DNA of 64,000 bases from Balanoglossus misakiensis (Eukaryota > Animalia > Hemichordata). The notes under the pieces are model-generated. The model had not been told where the DNA came from and did not search any database. It saw only the letters and a list, made by a program, of their open reading frames with translations. How positions within the stretch are numbered: position 1 is the stretch's first letter; the number at the start of each line of letters is the position of its first letter. The stretch is taken from assembly GCA_040954595.2 (NCBI GenBank), contig CM082581.2:14561350-14625349 (forward strand), given 5' to 3'. Both the position numbers and the translations under genes were made by a program. Shown piece after piece: positions 50,263 through 62,700 of the stretch.

Positions 50263-53200
50263 TCGGATTCACAGGAAGTCGCCATCAACTTGGCCCAGAT
50301 TCACCGCGCCGTTACCACAGGAAATCGCCGGCAACTTGGCCCAGATTCACCGCGCCGTTACGACAGGAAGTCGCCAGCAACTTGGCCCAGATTCACCGCG
50401 CCGTTACCACCGGAAGTCGCCGGCAACTTGGCCCAGATTCTTGCGCCGTTACGACCGGAAGTCGCCGGCAACTTGGCCCAGATTCACAGCGCCGTTACGA
50501 CCGGAAGTCGCCGCAACTTGGCCCGGATTCACAGGAAGTCTCCGGCAACTTGGCCCAGATTCTTGCGCCGTTACGACCGGAAGTCGCCGGCAACTTGGCC
50601 CAGATTCACCGCGCCGTTACCACCGGAAGTCGCCGGCAACTTGGCCCAGATTCACCGTGCCGTTACGACCGGAAGTCGCCGGCAACTTGGCCTGGATTCA
50701 CAGGAAGTCTCCGGCAACTTGGCCCAGATTCTTGCGCCGTTACGACCGGAAGTTGCCGGCAACTAGGCCCAGATTCACCGCGCCGTTACGACCGGAAGTC
50801 GCCGGCAACTTGGCCCGGATTCACAGGAAGTCGCCGGCAACTTGGCCCAGATTCACCGCGCCGTTACGACCGGAAGTCGCCGGCAACTTGGCCCAGATTC
50901 ACGCTGTTACGACCGGAAGTCGCCATCAACTTGGCCCAGATTCACCGCGCCGTTACCACAGGAAGTCGCCGGCAACTTGGCCCAGATTCACCGCGCCGTT
51001 ACGACAGGAAGTCGCCGGCAACTTGGCCCAGATTCACCACGCCTTTACGACCGGAAGTCGCCGCAACTTGGCCCGGATTCACTGCGCCGTTCCGACCGGA
51101 AGTCGCCGGCAACTTGGCCAAGATTCACCTCGCCGTTACGACCGGAAGTCGCCGGCAACTTGGCCCAGATTCACACCGTTACGACCGGAAGTCGCCATCA
51201 ACTTGGCCCAGATTCACCGCGCCGTTACCACAGGAAGTCGCCGACAACTTGGCCCAGATTCACACCGTTACGACCGGAAGTCGCCATCAACTTGGCCCAG
51301 ATTCACCGCGCCGTTACGACAGGAAGTCGCCGGCAACTTGGCCCAGATTCACCGCGCCGTTACCACCGGAAGTCGCCGGCAACTTGGCCCAGATTCTTGC
51401 GCCGTTACGACCGGAAGTCACCGGCAACTTGGCCCAGATTCACAGCGCCGTTACGACCGGAAGTCGCCGCAACTTGGCCCGGATTCACAGGAAGTCTCCG
51501 GCAACTTGGCCCAGATTCTTGCGCCGTTACGACCGGAAGTCGCCGGCAACTTGGCCCAGATTCACCGCGCCGTTACCACCGGAAGTCGCCGGCAACTTGG
51601 CCCAGAATCACCGCGCCGTTACCACCGGAAGTCGCCGGCAACTTGGCCCTGATTTACCGCACCGTTACGACGGGAAGTCGCCGCAACTTGGCCCGGATTC
51701 ACAGGAAGTCTCCGGCAACTTGGCCCAGATTCTTGCGCCGTTACGACCGGAAGTCGCCATCAACTTTGCCCAGATTCACCGCGCCGTTACCACAGGAAGT
51801 CGCCGGCAACTTGGTCCAGATTCACCGCGCCGTTACGACAGGAAGTCGCCGGCAACTTGGCCCAGATTCACCGCGCCGTTACCACCGGAAGTCGCCGGCA
51901 ACTTGGCCCTGATTCACCGCGCCGTTACGACCGGAAGTCGCCGGCAACTTGGCCCAGATTCTTGCGCCGTTACGACCGGAAGTCGCCGGCAACTTGGCCC
52001 AGATTCACAGCGCCGTTACGACCGGAAGTCGCCATCAACTTGGCCCAGATTCACCGTGCCGTTACCACAGGAAGTCGCCGGCAACTTGGTCCAGATTCAC
52101 CGCGCCGTTACGACAGGAAGTCGCCGGCAACTTGGTCCAGATTCACCGCGCCGTTACCACCGGAAGTCGCCGGCAACTTGGCCCAGATTCACCGCGCCGT
52201 TACGACCGGAAGTCGCCGGCAACTTGGCCCAGATTCTTGCGCCGTTACGACCGGAAGTCGCCGGCAACTTGGCCCAGATTCACAGCGCCGTTACGACCGG
52301 AAGTCGCCATCAACTTGGCCCAGATTCACCGCGCCGTTACCACAGGAAGTCGCCGGCAACTTGGCCCAGATTCACCGCGCCGTTACGACAGGAAGTCGCC
52401 GGCAACTTGGCCCAGATTCACCATGCCTTTACGACCGGAAGTCGCCGCAACTTGGCCCGGATTCACTGCGCCGTTCCGACCGGAAGTCGCCGGCAACTTG
52501 GCCAAGATTCACCTCGCCGTTACGACCGGAAGTCGCCGGCAACTTGGCCCAGATTCACGCCGTTACGACCGGAAGTCGCCATCAACTTGGCCCAGATTCA
52601 CCGCGCCGTTACCACAGGAAGTCGCCGGCAACTTGGCCCAGATTCACCGCGCCGTTACGACAGGAAGTCGCCGGCAACTTGGCCCAGATTCACCGCGCCG
52701 TTACCACCGGAAGTCGCCGGCAACTTGGCCCAGATTCACCGCGCCGTTACCACCGGAAGTCGCCGGCAACTTGGCCCAGATTCTTGCGCCGTTACGACCG
52801 GAAGTCGCCGGCAACTTGGCCCAGATTCACGCCGTTACGACCGGAAGTCGCCATCAACTTGGCCCAGATTCACCGCGCCGTTACCACAGGAAGTCGCCGG
52901 CAACTTGGCCCAGATTCACCGCGCCGTTACGACAGAAAGTCGCCGGCAACTTGGCCCAGATTCACCACGCCTTTACGACCGGAAGTCGCCGCAACTTGGC
53001 CCGGATTCACAGGAAGTCCCCGGCAACTTGGCCCAGATTCTTGCGCCGTTACGACCGGAAGTCGCCGGCAACTTGGCCCAGATTCTTGCGCCGTTACGAC
53101 CGGAAGTCGCCGGCAACTTGGCCCAGATTCACGCCGTTACGACCGGAAGTCGCCATCAACTTGGCCCAGATTCACCGCGCCGTTACCACAGGAAGTCGCC

Positions 53201-53729
53201 GGCAACTTGGCCCAGATTCACCGCGCCGTTACGACAGAAAGTCGCCGGCAACTTGGCCCAGATTCACCACGCCTTTACGACCGGAAGTCGCCGCAACTTG
53301 GCCCGGATTCACAGGAAGTCCCCGGCAACTTGGCCCAGATTCTTGCGCCGTTACGACCGGAAGTCGCCGGCAACTTGGCCCAGATTCACCGCGCCGTTAC
53401 CACCGGAAGTCCTCGGCAACTTGGCCCGGATTCACAGGAAGTCTCCGGCAACTTGGCCCAGATTCTTGCGCCGTTACGACCGGAAGTCGCCGGCAACTTG
53501 GCCCAGATTCACCGCGCCGTTACCACCGGAAGTCGCCGGCAACTTGGCCCTGATTCACCGCGGCGTTACGACCGGAAGTTGCCGCAACTTGGCCCGGATT
53601 CACAGGAAGTCTCCGGCAACTTGGCCCAGATTCTTGCGCTGTTACGACCGGAAGTCGCCGGCAACTTGGCCCAGATTCACCGCGCCGTTACGACCGGAAG
53701 TCGCCGGCAACTTGGCCCGGATTCACCAC
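50263..53729. repeat. CpG-rich ~46-bp satellite, main block (CCGGAAGTCGCCGGCAACTTGGCCCAGATTCACCGCGCCGTTACGA; ~45/43/32-bp variants)
   Basis: Direct periodicity, e.g. ccagattcac at 50341 and 50387. Confidence 0.97.
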
Positions 53730-56700
53730 GCCAACCAGATACCCAACCCCTTCGACCGCCAGGCTACGGCCGGAAGTGGAGGCCAACCTGATACCCAACC
53801 CCTTCGACCGCCAGGCTACGGCCGGAAGTGGAGGCCAACCTGATACCCAACCCCTTCGACCGCCAGGCTACGGCCGGAAGTGGAGGCCAACCTGATACCC
53901 AACCCCTTCGACCGCCAGGCTACGGCCGGAAGTGGAGGCCAACCAGATACCCAACCCCTTCGACCGCCAGGCTACGGCCGGAAGTGGAGGCCAACCAGAT
54001 ACCCAACCCCTTCGACCGCCAGGCTACGGCCGGAAGTGGAGGCCAACCTGATACCCAACCCCTTCGACCGCCAGGCTACGGCCGGAAGTGGAGGCCAACC
54101 TGATACCCAACCCCTTCGACCGCCAGGCTACGGCCGGAAGTGGAGGCCAACCAGATACCCAACCCCTTCGACCGCCAGGCTACGGCCGGAAGTGGAGGCC
54201 AACCTGATACCCAACCCCTTCGACCGCCAGGCTACGGCCGGAAGTGGAGGCCAACCTGATACCCAACCCCTTCGACCGCCAGGCTACGGCCGGAAGTGGA
54301 GGCCAACCTGATACCCAACCCCTTCGACCGCCAGGCTACGGCCGGAAGTGGAGGCCAACCTGATACCCAACCCCTTCGACCGCCAGGCTACGGCCGGAAG
54401 TGGAGGCCAACCTGATACCCAACCCCTTCGACCGCCAGGCTACGGCCGGAAGTGGAGGCCAACCTGATACCCAACCCCTTCGACCGCCAGGCTACGGCCG
54501 GAAGTGGAGGCCAACCTGATACCCAACCCCTACGACCGCCAGGCTACGGCCGGAAGTGGAGGCCAACCTGATACCCAACCCCTTCGACCGCCAGGCTACG
54601 GCCGGAAGTGGAGGCCAACCTGATACCCAACCCCTTCGACCGCCAGGCTACGGCCGGAAGTGGAGGCCAACCTGATACCCAACCCCTTCGACCGCCAGGC
54701 TACGGCCGGAAGTGGAGGCCAACCTGATACCCAACCCCTTCGACCGCCAGGCTACGGCCGGAAGTGGAGGCCAACCTGATACCCAACCCCTTCGACCGCC
54801 AGGCTACGGCCGGAAGTGGAGGCCAACCTGATACCCAACCCCTTCGACCGCCAGGCTACGGCCGGAAGTGGAGGCCAACCTGATACCCAACCCCTTCGAC
54901 CGCCAGGCTACGGCCGGAAGTGGAGGCCAACCAGATACCCAACCCCTTCGACCGCCAGGCTACGGCCGGAAGTGGAGGCCAACCTGATACCCAACCCCTT
55001 CGACCGCCAGGCTACGGCCGGAAGTGGAGGCCAACCTGATACCCAACCCCTTCGACCGCCAGGCTACGGCCGGAAGTGGAGGCCAACCTGATACCCAACC
55101 CCTTCGACTGCCAGGCTACGGCCGGAAGTGGAGGCCAACCTGATACCCAACCCCTTCGACCGCCAGGCTACGGCCGGAAGTGGAGGCCAACCTGATACCC
55201 AACCCCTTCGACCGCCAGGCTACGGCCGGAAGTGGAGGCCAACCAGATACCCAACCCCTTCGACCGCCAGGCTACGGCCGGAAGTGGAGGCCAACCTGAT
55301 ACCCAACCCCTTCGACCGCCAGGCTACGGCCGGAAGTGGAGGCCAACCAGATACCCAACCCCTTCGACTGCCAGGCTACGGCCGGAAGTGGAGGCCAACC
55401 TGATACCCAACCCCTTCGACCGCCAGGCTACGGCCGGAAGTGGAGGCCAACCTGATACCCAACCCCTTCGACCGCCAGGCTACGGCCGGAAGTGGAGGCC
55501 AACCTGATACCCAACCCCTTCGACCGCCAGGCTACGGCCGGAAGTGGAGGCCAACCTGATACCCAACCCCATCGACCGCCAGGCTACGGCCGGAAGTGGA
55601 GGCCAACCTGATACCCAACCCCTTCGACCGCCAGGCTACGGCCGGAAGTGGAGGCCAACCTTATACCCAACCGCGCCATTACCACAGGAAGTCGCCGGCA
55701 ACTTGGCCCAGATTCACCGCGCCGTTACGACAGGAAGTCGCCGGCAACTTGGCCCAGATTCACCACGCCTTTACGACCGGAAGTCGCCGCAACTTGGCCC
55801 GGATTCACAGGAAGTCCCCGGCAACTTGGCCCAGATTCTTGCGCCGTTACGACCGGAAGTCGCCGGCAACTTGGCCCAGATTCACCGCGCCGTTACCACC
55901 GGAAGTCGTCGGCAACTTGGCCCGGATTCACAGGAAGTCTCCGGCAACTTGGCCCAGATTCTTGCGCCGTTACGACCGGAAGTCGCCGGCAACTTGGCCC
56001 AGATTCACCGCGCCATTACCACCGGAAGTCGCCGGCAACTTGGCCCTGATTCACCGCGCCGTTACGACCGGAAGTTGCCGCAACTTGGCCCGGATTCACA
56101 GGAAGTCTCCGGCAACTTGGCCCAGATTCTTGCGCCGTTACGACCGGAAGTCGCCGGCAACTTGGCCCAGATTCACCGCGCCGTTACGACCGGAAGTCGC
56201 CGGCAACTTGGCCCGGATTCACCACGCCAACCAGATACCCAACCCCTTCGACCGCCAGGCTACGGCCGGAAGTGGAGGCCAACCTGATACCCAACCCCTT
56301 CGACCGCCAGGCTACGGCCGGAAGTGGAGGCCAACCTGATACCCAACCCCTTCGACCGCCAGGCTACGGCCGGAAGTGGAGGCCAACCTGATACCCAACC
56401 CCTTCGACCGCCAGGCTACGGCCGGAAGTGGAGGCCAACCTGATACCCAACCCCTTCGACCGCAAGGCTACGGCCGGAAGTGGAGGCCAACCTGATACCC
56501 AACCCCTTCGACCGCCAGGCTACGGCCGGAAGTGGAGGCCAACCTGATACCCAACGCCTTCGACCGCCAGGCTACGGCCGGAAGTGGAGGCCAACCTGAT
56601 ACCCAACCCCTTCGACCGCCAGGCTACGGCCGGAAGTGGAGGCCAACCTGATACCCAACCCCTTCGACCGCCAGGCTACGGCCGGAAGTGGAGGCCAACC

Positions 56701-59700
56701 AGATACCCAACCCCTTCGACCGCCAGGCTACGGCCGGAAGTGGAGGCCAACCTTATACCCAACCGCGCCATTACCACAGGAAGTCGCCGGCAACTTGGCC
56801 CAGATTCACCGCGCCGTTACCACCGGAAGTCGTCGGCAACTTGGCCCGGATTCACAGGAAGTCTCCGGCAACTTGGCCCAGATTCTTGCGCCGTTACGAC
56901 CGGAAGTCGCCGGCAACTTGGCCCAGATTCACCGCGCCGTTACCACCGGAAGTCGCCGGCAACTTGGCCCTGATTCACCGCGCCGTTACGACCGGAAGTT
57001 GCCGCAACTTGGCCCGGATTCACAGGAAGTCTCCGGCAACTTGGCCCAGATTCTTGCGCCGTTACGACCGGAAGTCGCCGGCAACTTGGCCCAGATTCAC
57101 CGCGCCGTTACGACCGGAAGTCGCCGGCAACTTGGCCCGGATTCACCACGCCAACCAGATACCCAACCCCTTCGACCGCCAGGCTACGGCCGGAAGTGGA
57201 GGCCAACCTGATACCCAACCCCTTCGACCGCCAGGCTACGGCCGGAAGTGGAGGCCAACCTGATACCCAACCCCTTCGACCGCCAGGCTACGGCCGGAAG
57301 TGGAGGCCAACCTGATACCCAACCCCTTCGACCGCCAGGCTACGGCCGGAAGTGGAGGCCAACCTGATACCCAACCCCTTCGACCGCCAGGCTACGGCCG
57401 GAAGTGGAGGCCAACCTGATACCCAACCCCTTCGACCGCCAGGCTACGGCCGGAAGTGGAGGCCAACCTGATACCCAACCCCTTCGACCGCCAGGCTACG
57501 GCCGGAAGTGGAGGCCAACCTGATACCCAACCCCTTCGACCGCCAGGCTACGGCCGGAAGTGGAGGCCAACCTGATACCCAACCCCTTCGACCGCCAGGC
57601 TACGGCCGGAAGTGGAGGCCAACCAGATACCCAACCCCTTCGACCGCCAGGCTACGGCCGGAAGTGGAGGCCAACCTTATACCCAACCGCGCCATTACCA
57701 CAGGAATTCGCCGGCAACTTGGCCCAGATTCACCGCGCCGTTACGACAGGAAGTCGCCGGCAACTTGGCCCAGATTCACCACGCCTTTACGACCGGAAGT
57801 CGCCGCAACTTGGCCCGGATTCACAGGAAGTCCCCGGCAACTTGGCCCAGATTCTTGCGCCGTTACGACCGGAAGTCGCCGGCAACTTGGCCCAGATTCA
57901 CCGCGCCGTTACCACCGGAAGTCGTCGGCAACTTGGCCCGGATTCACAGGAAGTCCCCGGCAACTTGGCCCAGATTCTTGCGCCGTTACGACCGGAAGTC
58001 GCCGGCAACTTGGCCCAGATTCACCGCGCCGTTACCACCGGAAGTCGCCGGCAACTTGGCCCTGATTCACCGCGCCGTTACGACCGGAAGTTGCCGCAAC
58101 TTGGCCCAGATTCACCGCGCCGTTACCACCGGAAGTCGTCGGCAACTTGGCCCGGATTCACAGGAAGTCTCCGGCAACTTGGCCCAGATTCTTGCGCCGT
58201 TACGACCGGAAGTCGCCGGCAACTTGGCCCAGATTCACCGCGCCGTTACCACCGGAAGTCGCCGGCAACTTGGCCCTGATTCACCGCGCCGTTACGACCG
58301 GAAGTTGCCGCAACTTGGCCCGGATTCACAGGAAGTCTCCGGCAACTTGGCCCAGATTCTTGCGCCGTTACGACCGGAAGTCGCTGGCAACTTGGCCCAG
58401 ATTCACCGCGCCGTTACGACCGGAAGTCGCCGGCAACTTGGCCCGGATTCACCACGCCAACCAGATACCCAACCCCTTCGACCGCCAGGCTACGGCCGGA
58501 AGTGGAGGCCAACCTGATACCCAACCCCTTCGACCGCCAGGCTACGGCCGGAAGTGGAGGCCAACCAGATACCCAACCCCTTCGACCGCCAGGCTACGGC
58601 CGGAAGTGGAGGCCAACCTGATACCCAACCCCTTCGACCGCCAGGCTACGGCCGGAAGTGGAGGCCAACCTGATACCCAACCCCTTCGACTGCCAGGCTA
58701 CGGCCGGAAGTGGAGGCCAACCTGATACCCAACCCCTTCGACCGCCAGGCTACGGCCGGAAGTGGAGGCCAACCTGATACCCAACCCCTTCGACCGCCAG
58801 GCTACGGCCGGAAGTGGAGGCCAACCTGATACCCAACCCCTTCGACCGCCAGGCTACGGCCGGAAGTGGAGGCCAACCTGATACCCAACCCCTTCGACCG
58901 CCAGGCTACGGCCGGAAGTGGAGGCCAACCTGATACCCAACCCCTTCGACCGCCAGGCTACGGCCGGAAGTGGAGGCCAACCTGATACCCAACCCCTTCG
59001 ACCGCCAGGCTACGGCCGGAAGTGGAGGCCAACCTGATACCCAACCCCTTCGACCGCCAGGCTACGGCCGGAAGTGGAGGCCAACCTGATACCCAACCCC
59101 TTCGACCGCCAGGCTACGGCCGGAAGTGGAGGCCAACCTGATACCCAACCCCTTCGACCGCCAGGCTACGGCCGGAAGTGGAGGCCAACCTGATACCCAA
59201 CCCCTTCGACCGCCAGGCTACGGCCGGAAGTGGAGGCCAACCTGATACCCAACCCCTTCGACCGCCAGGCTACGGCCGGAAGTGGAGGCCAACCTGATAC
59301 CCAACCCCTTCGACCGCCAGGCTACGGCCGGAAGTGGAGGCCAACCTGATACCCAACCCCTTCGACCGCCAGGCTACGGCCGGAAGTGGAGGCCAACCAG
59401 ATACCCAACCCCTTCGACCGCCAGGCTACGGCCGGAAGTGGAGGCCAACCTTATACCCAACCGCGCCATTACCACAGGAAGTCGCCGGCAACTTGGCCCA
59501 GATTCACCGCGCCGTTACGACAGGAAGTCGCCGGCAACTTGGCCCAGATTCACCACGCCTTTACGACCGGAAGTCGCCGCAACTTGGCCCGGATTCACAG
59601 GAAGTCCCCGGCAACTTGGCCCAGATTCTTGCGCCGTTACGACCGGAAGTCGCCGGCAACTTGGCCCAGATTCACCGCGCCGTTACCACCGGAAGTCGTC

Positions 59701-62700
59701 GGCAACTTGGCCCGGATTCACAGGAAGTCCCCGGCAACTTGGCCCAGATTCTTGCGCCGTTACGACCGGAAGTCGCCGGCAACTTGGCCCAGATTCACCG
59801 CGCCGTTACCACCGGAAGTCGCCGGCAACTTGGCCCTGATTCACCGCGCCGTTACGACCGGAAGTTGCCGCAACTTGGCCCAGATTCACCGCGCCGTTAC
59901 CACCGGAAGTCGTCGGCAACTTGGCCCGGATTCACAGGAAGTCTCCGGCAACTTGGCCCAGATTCTTGCGCTGTTACGACCGGAAGTCGCCGGCAACTTG
60001 GCCCAGATTCACCGCGCCGTTACCACCGGAAGTCGCCGGCAACTTGGCCCTGATTCACCGCGCCGTTACGACCGGAAGTTGCCGCAACTTGGCCCGGATT
60101 CACAGGAAGTCTCCGGCAACTTGGCCCAGATTCTTGCGCCGTTACGACCGGAAGTCGCTGGCAACTTGGCCCAGATTCACCGCGCCGTTACGACCGGAAG
60201 TCGCCGGCAACTTGGCCCGGATTCACCACGCCAACCAGATACCCAACCCCTTCGACCGCCAGGCTACGGCCGGAAGTGGAGGCCAACCTGATACCCAACC
60301 CCTTCGACCGCCAGGCTACGGCCGGAAGTGGAGGCCAACCTGATACCCAACCCCTTCGACCGCCAGGCTACGGCGGGAAGTGGAGGCCAACCTGATACCC
60401 AACCCCTTCGACCGCCAGGCTACGGCGGGAAGTGGAGGCCAACCTGATACCCAACCCCTTCGACCGCCAGGCTACGGCGGGAAGTGGAGGCCAACCTGAT
60501 ACCCAACCCCTTCGACCGCCAGGCTACGGCCGGAAGTGGAGGCCAACCAGATACCCAACCCCTTCGACCGCCAGGCTACGGCCGGAAGTGGAGGCCAACC
60601 AGATACCCAACCCCTTCGACCGCCAGCTACGGCCGGAAGTGGAGGCCAACCTGATACCCAACCCCTTCGACCGCCAGGCTACGGCCGGAAGTGGAGGCCA
60701 ACCTGATACCCAACCCCTTCGTCGCCAGGCTACGGCCGGAAGTGGAGGCCAACCAGATACCCAACCCCTTCGACCGCCAGGCTACGGCCGGAAGTGGAGG
60801 CCAACCAGATACCCAACCCCTTCGACCGCCAGGCTACGGCCGGAAGTGGAGGCCAACCTGATACCCAACCCCTTCGACCGCCAGGCTACGGCCGGAAGTG
60901 GAGGCCAACCTGATACCCAACCCCTTCGACCGCCAGGCTACGGCCGGAAGTGGAGGCCAACCTGTTACGACAGGAAGTCGCCGGCAACTTGGCCCAGATT
61001 CACGCCGTTACGACCGGAAGTCGCCATCAACTTGGCCCAGATTCACCGCGCCGTTACGACAGGAAGTCGCCGGCAACTTGGCCCAGATTCACCGCGCCGT
61101 TACGACAGGAAGTCGCCGGCAACTTGGCCCAGATTCACCACGCCTTTACGACCGGAAGTCGCCGAAACTTGGCCCGGATTCACTGCGCCGTTCCGACCGG
61201 AAGTCGCCGGCAACTTGGCCAAGATTCAACTCGCCGTTCCGACCGAAAGTCGCCGGCAACTTGGCCAAGATTCAACTCGCCGTTACGACCGGAAGTCGGC
61301 GGCAACTTGGCCAAGATTCACGCCGTTACGACCGGAAGTCGCCATCAACTTGGCCCAGATTCACCGCGCCGTTACGACAGGAAGTCGCCGGCAACTTGGC
61401 CCAGATTCACCGCGCCGTTACCACCGGAAGTCGCCGGCAACTTGGCCCTGATTCACCGCGCCGTTACGACCGGAAGTCGCCGCAACTTGGCCCGGATTCA
61501 CAGGAAGTCCCCGGCAACTTGGCCCAGATTCTTGCGCCGTTACGACCGGAAGTCGCCGGCAACTTGGCCCAGATTCACCGCGCCGCTACCACCGGAAGTC
61601 GCCGGCAACTTGGCCCTGATTCACCGCGCCGTTACGACCGGAAGTTGCCGCAACTTGGCCCGGATTCACAGGAAGTCTCGGCAACTTGGCCCAGATTCTT
61701 GCGCCGATACGACCGGAAGTCGCCGGCAACTTGGCCCAGATTCACCGCGCCGTTACGACCGGAAGTCGCCGGCAACTTGGCCCGGATTCACCACGCCAAC
61801 CAGATACCCAACCCCTTCGACCGCCAGGCTACGGCCGGAAGTGGAGGCCAACCTGATACCCGACCCCTTCGACCGCCAGGCTACGGCCGGAAGTGGAGGC
61901 CAACCTGATACCCAACCCCTTCGACCGCCAGGCTACGGCCGGAAGTGGAGGCCAACCTGATGCCCAACCCCTTCGACCGCCAGGCTACGGCCGGAAGTGG
62001 AGGCCAACCTGATGCCCAACCCCTTCGACCGCCAGGCTACGGCCGGAAGTAGAGGCCAACCTGATACCCAACCCCTTCGACCGCCAGGCTACGGCCGGAA
62101 GTGGAGGCCAACCTGATACCCAACCCCTTCGACCGCCAGGCTACGGCCGGAAGTGGAGGCCAACCTGATACCCAACCCCTTCGACCGCCAGGCTACGGCG
62201 GGAAGTGGAGGCCAACCTGATACCCAACCCCTTCGACCGCCAGGCTACGGCGGGAAGTGGAGGCCAACCTGATACCCAACCCCTTCGACCGCCAGGCTAC
62301 GGCCGGAAGTGGAGGCCAACCTGATACCCAACCCCTTCGACCGCCAGGCTACGGCGGGAAGTGGAGGCCAACCTGATACCCAACCCCTTCGACCGCCAGG
62401 CTACGGCCGGAAGTGGAGGCCAACCTGATACCCAACCCTTCGACCGCCAGGCTACGGCCGGAAGTGGAGGCCAACCTGATACCCAACCCCTTCGACCGCC
62501 AGGCTACGGCCGGAAGTGGAGGCCAACCTGTTACGACAGGAAGTCGCCGGCAACTTGGCCCAGATTCACGCCGTTACGACCGGAAGTCGCCATCAACTTG
62601 GCCCAGATTCACCGCGCCGTTACGACAGGAAGTCGCCGGCAACTTGGCCCAGATTCACCGCGCCGTTACCACCGGAAGTCGCCGGCAACTTGGCCCTGAT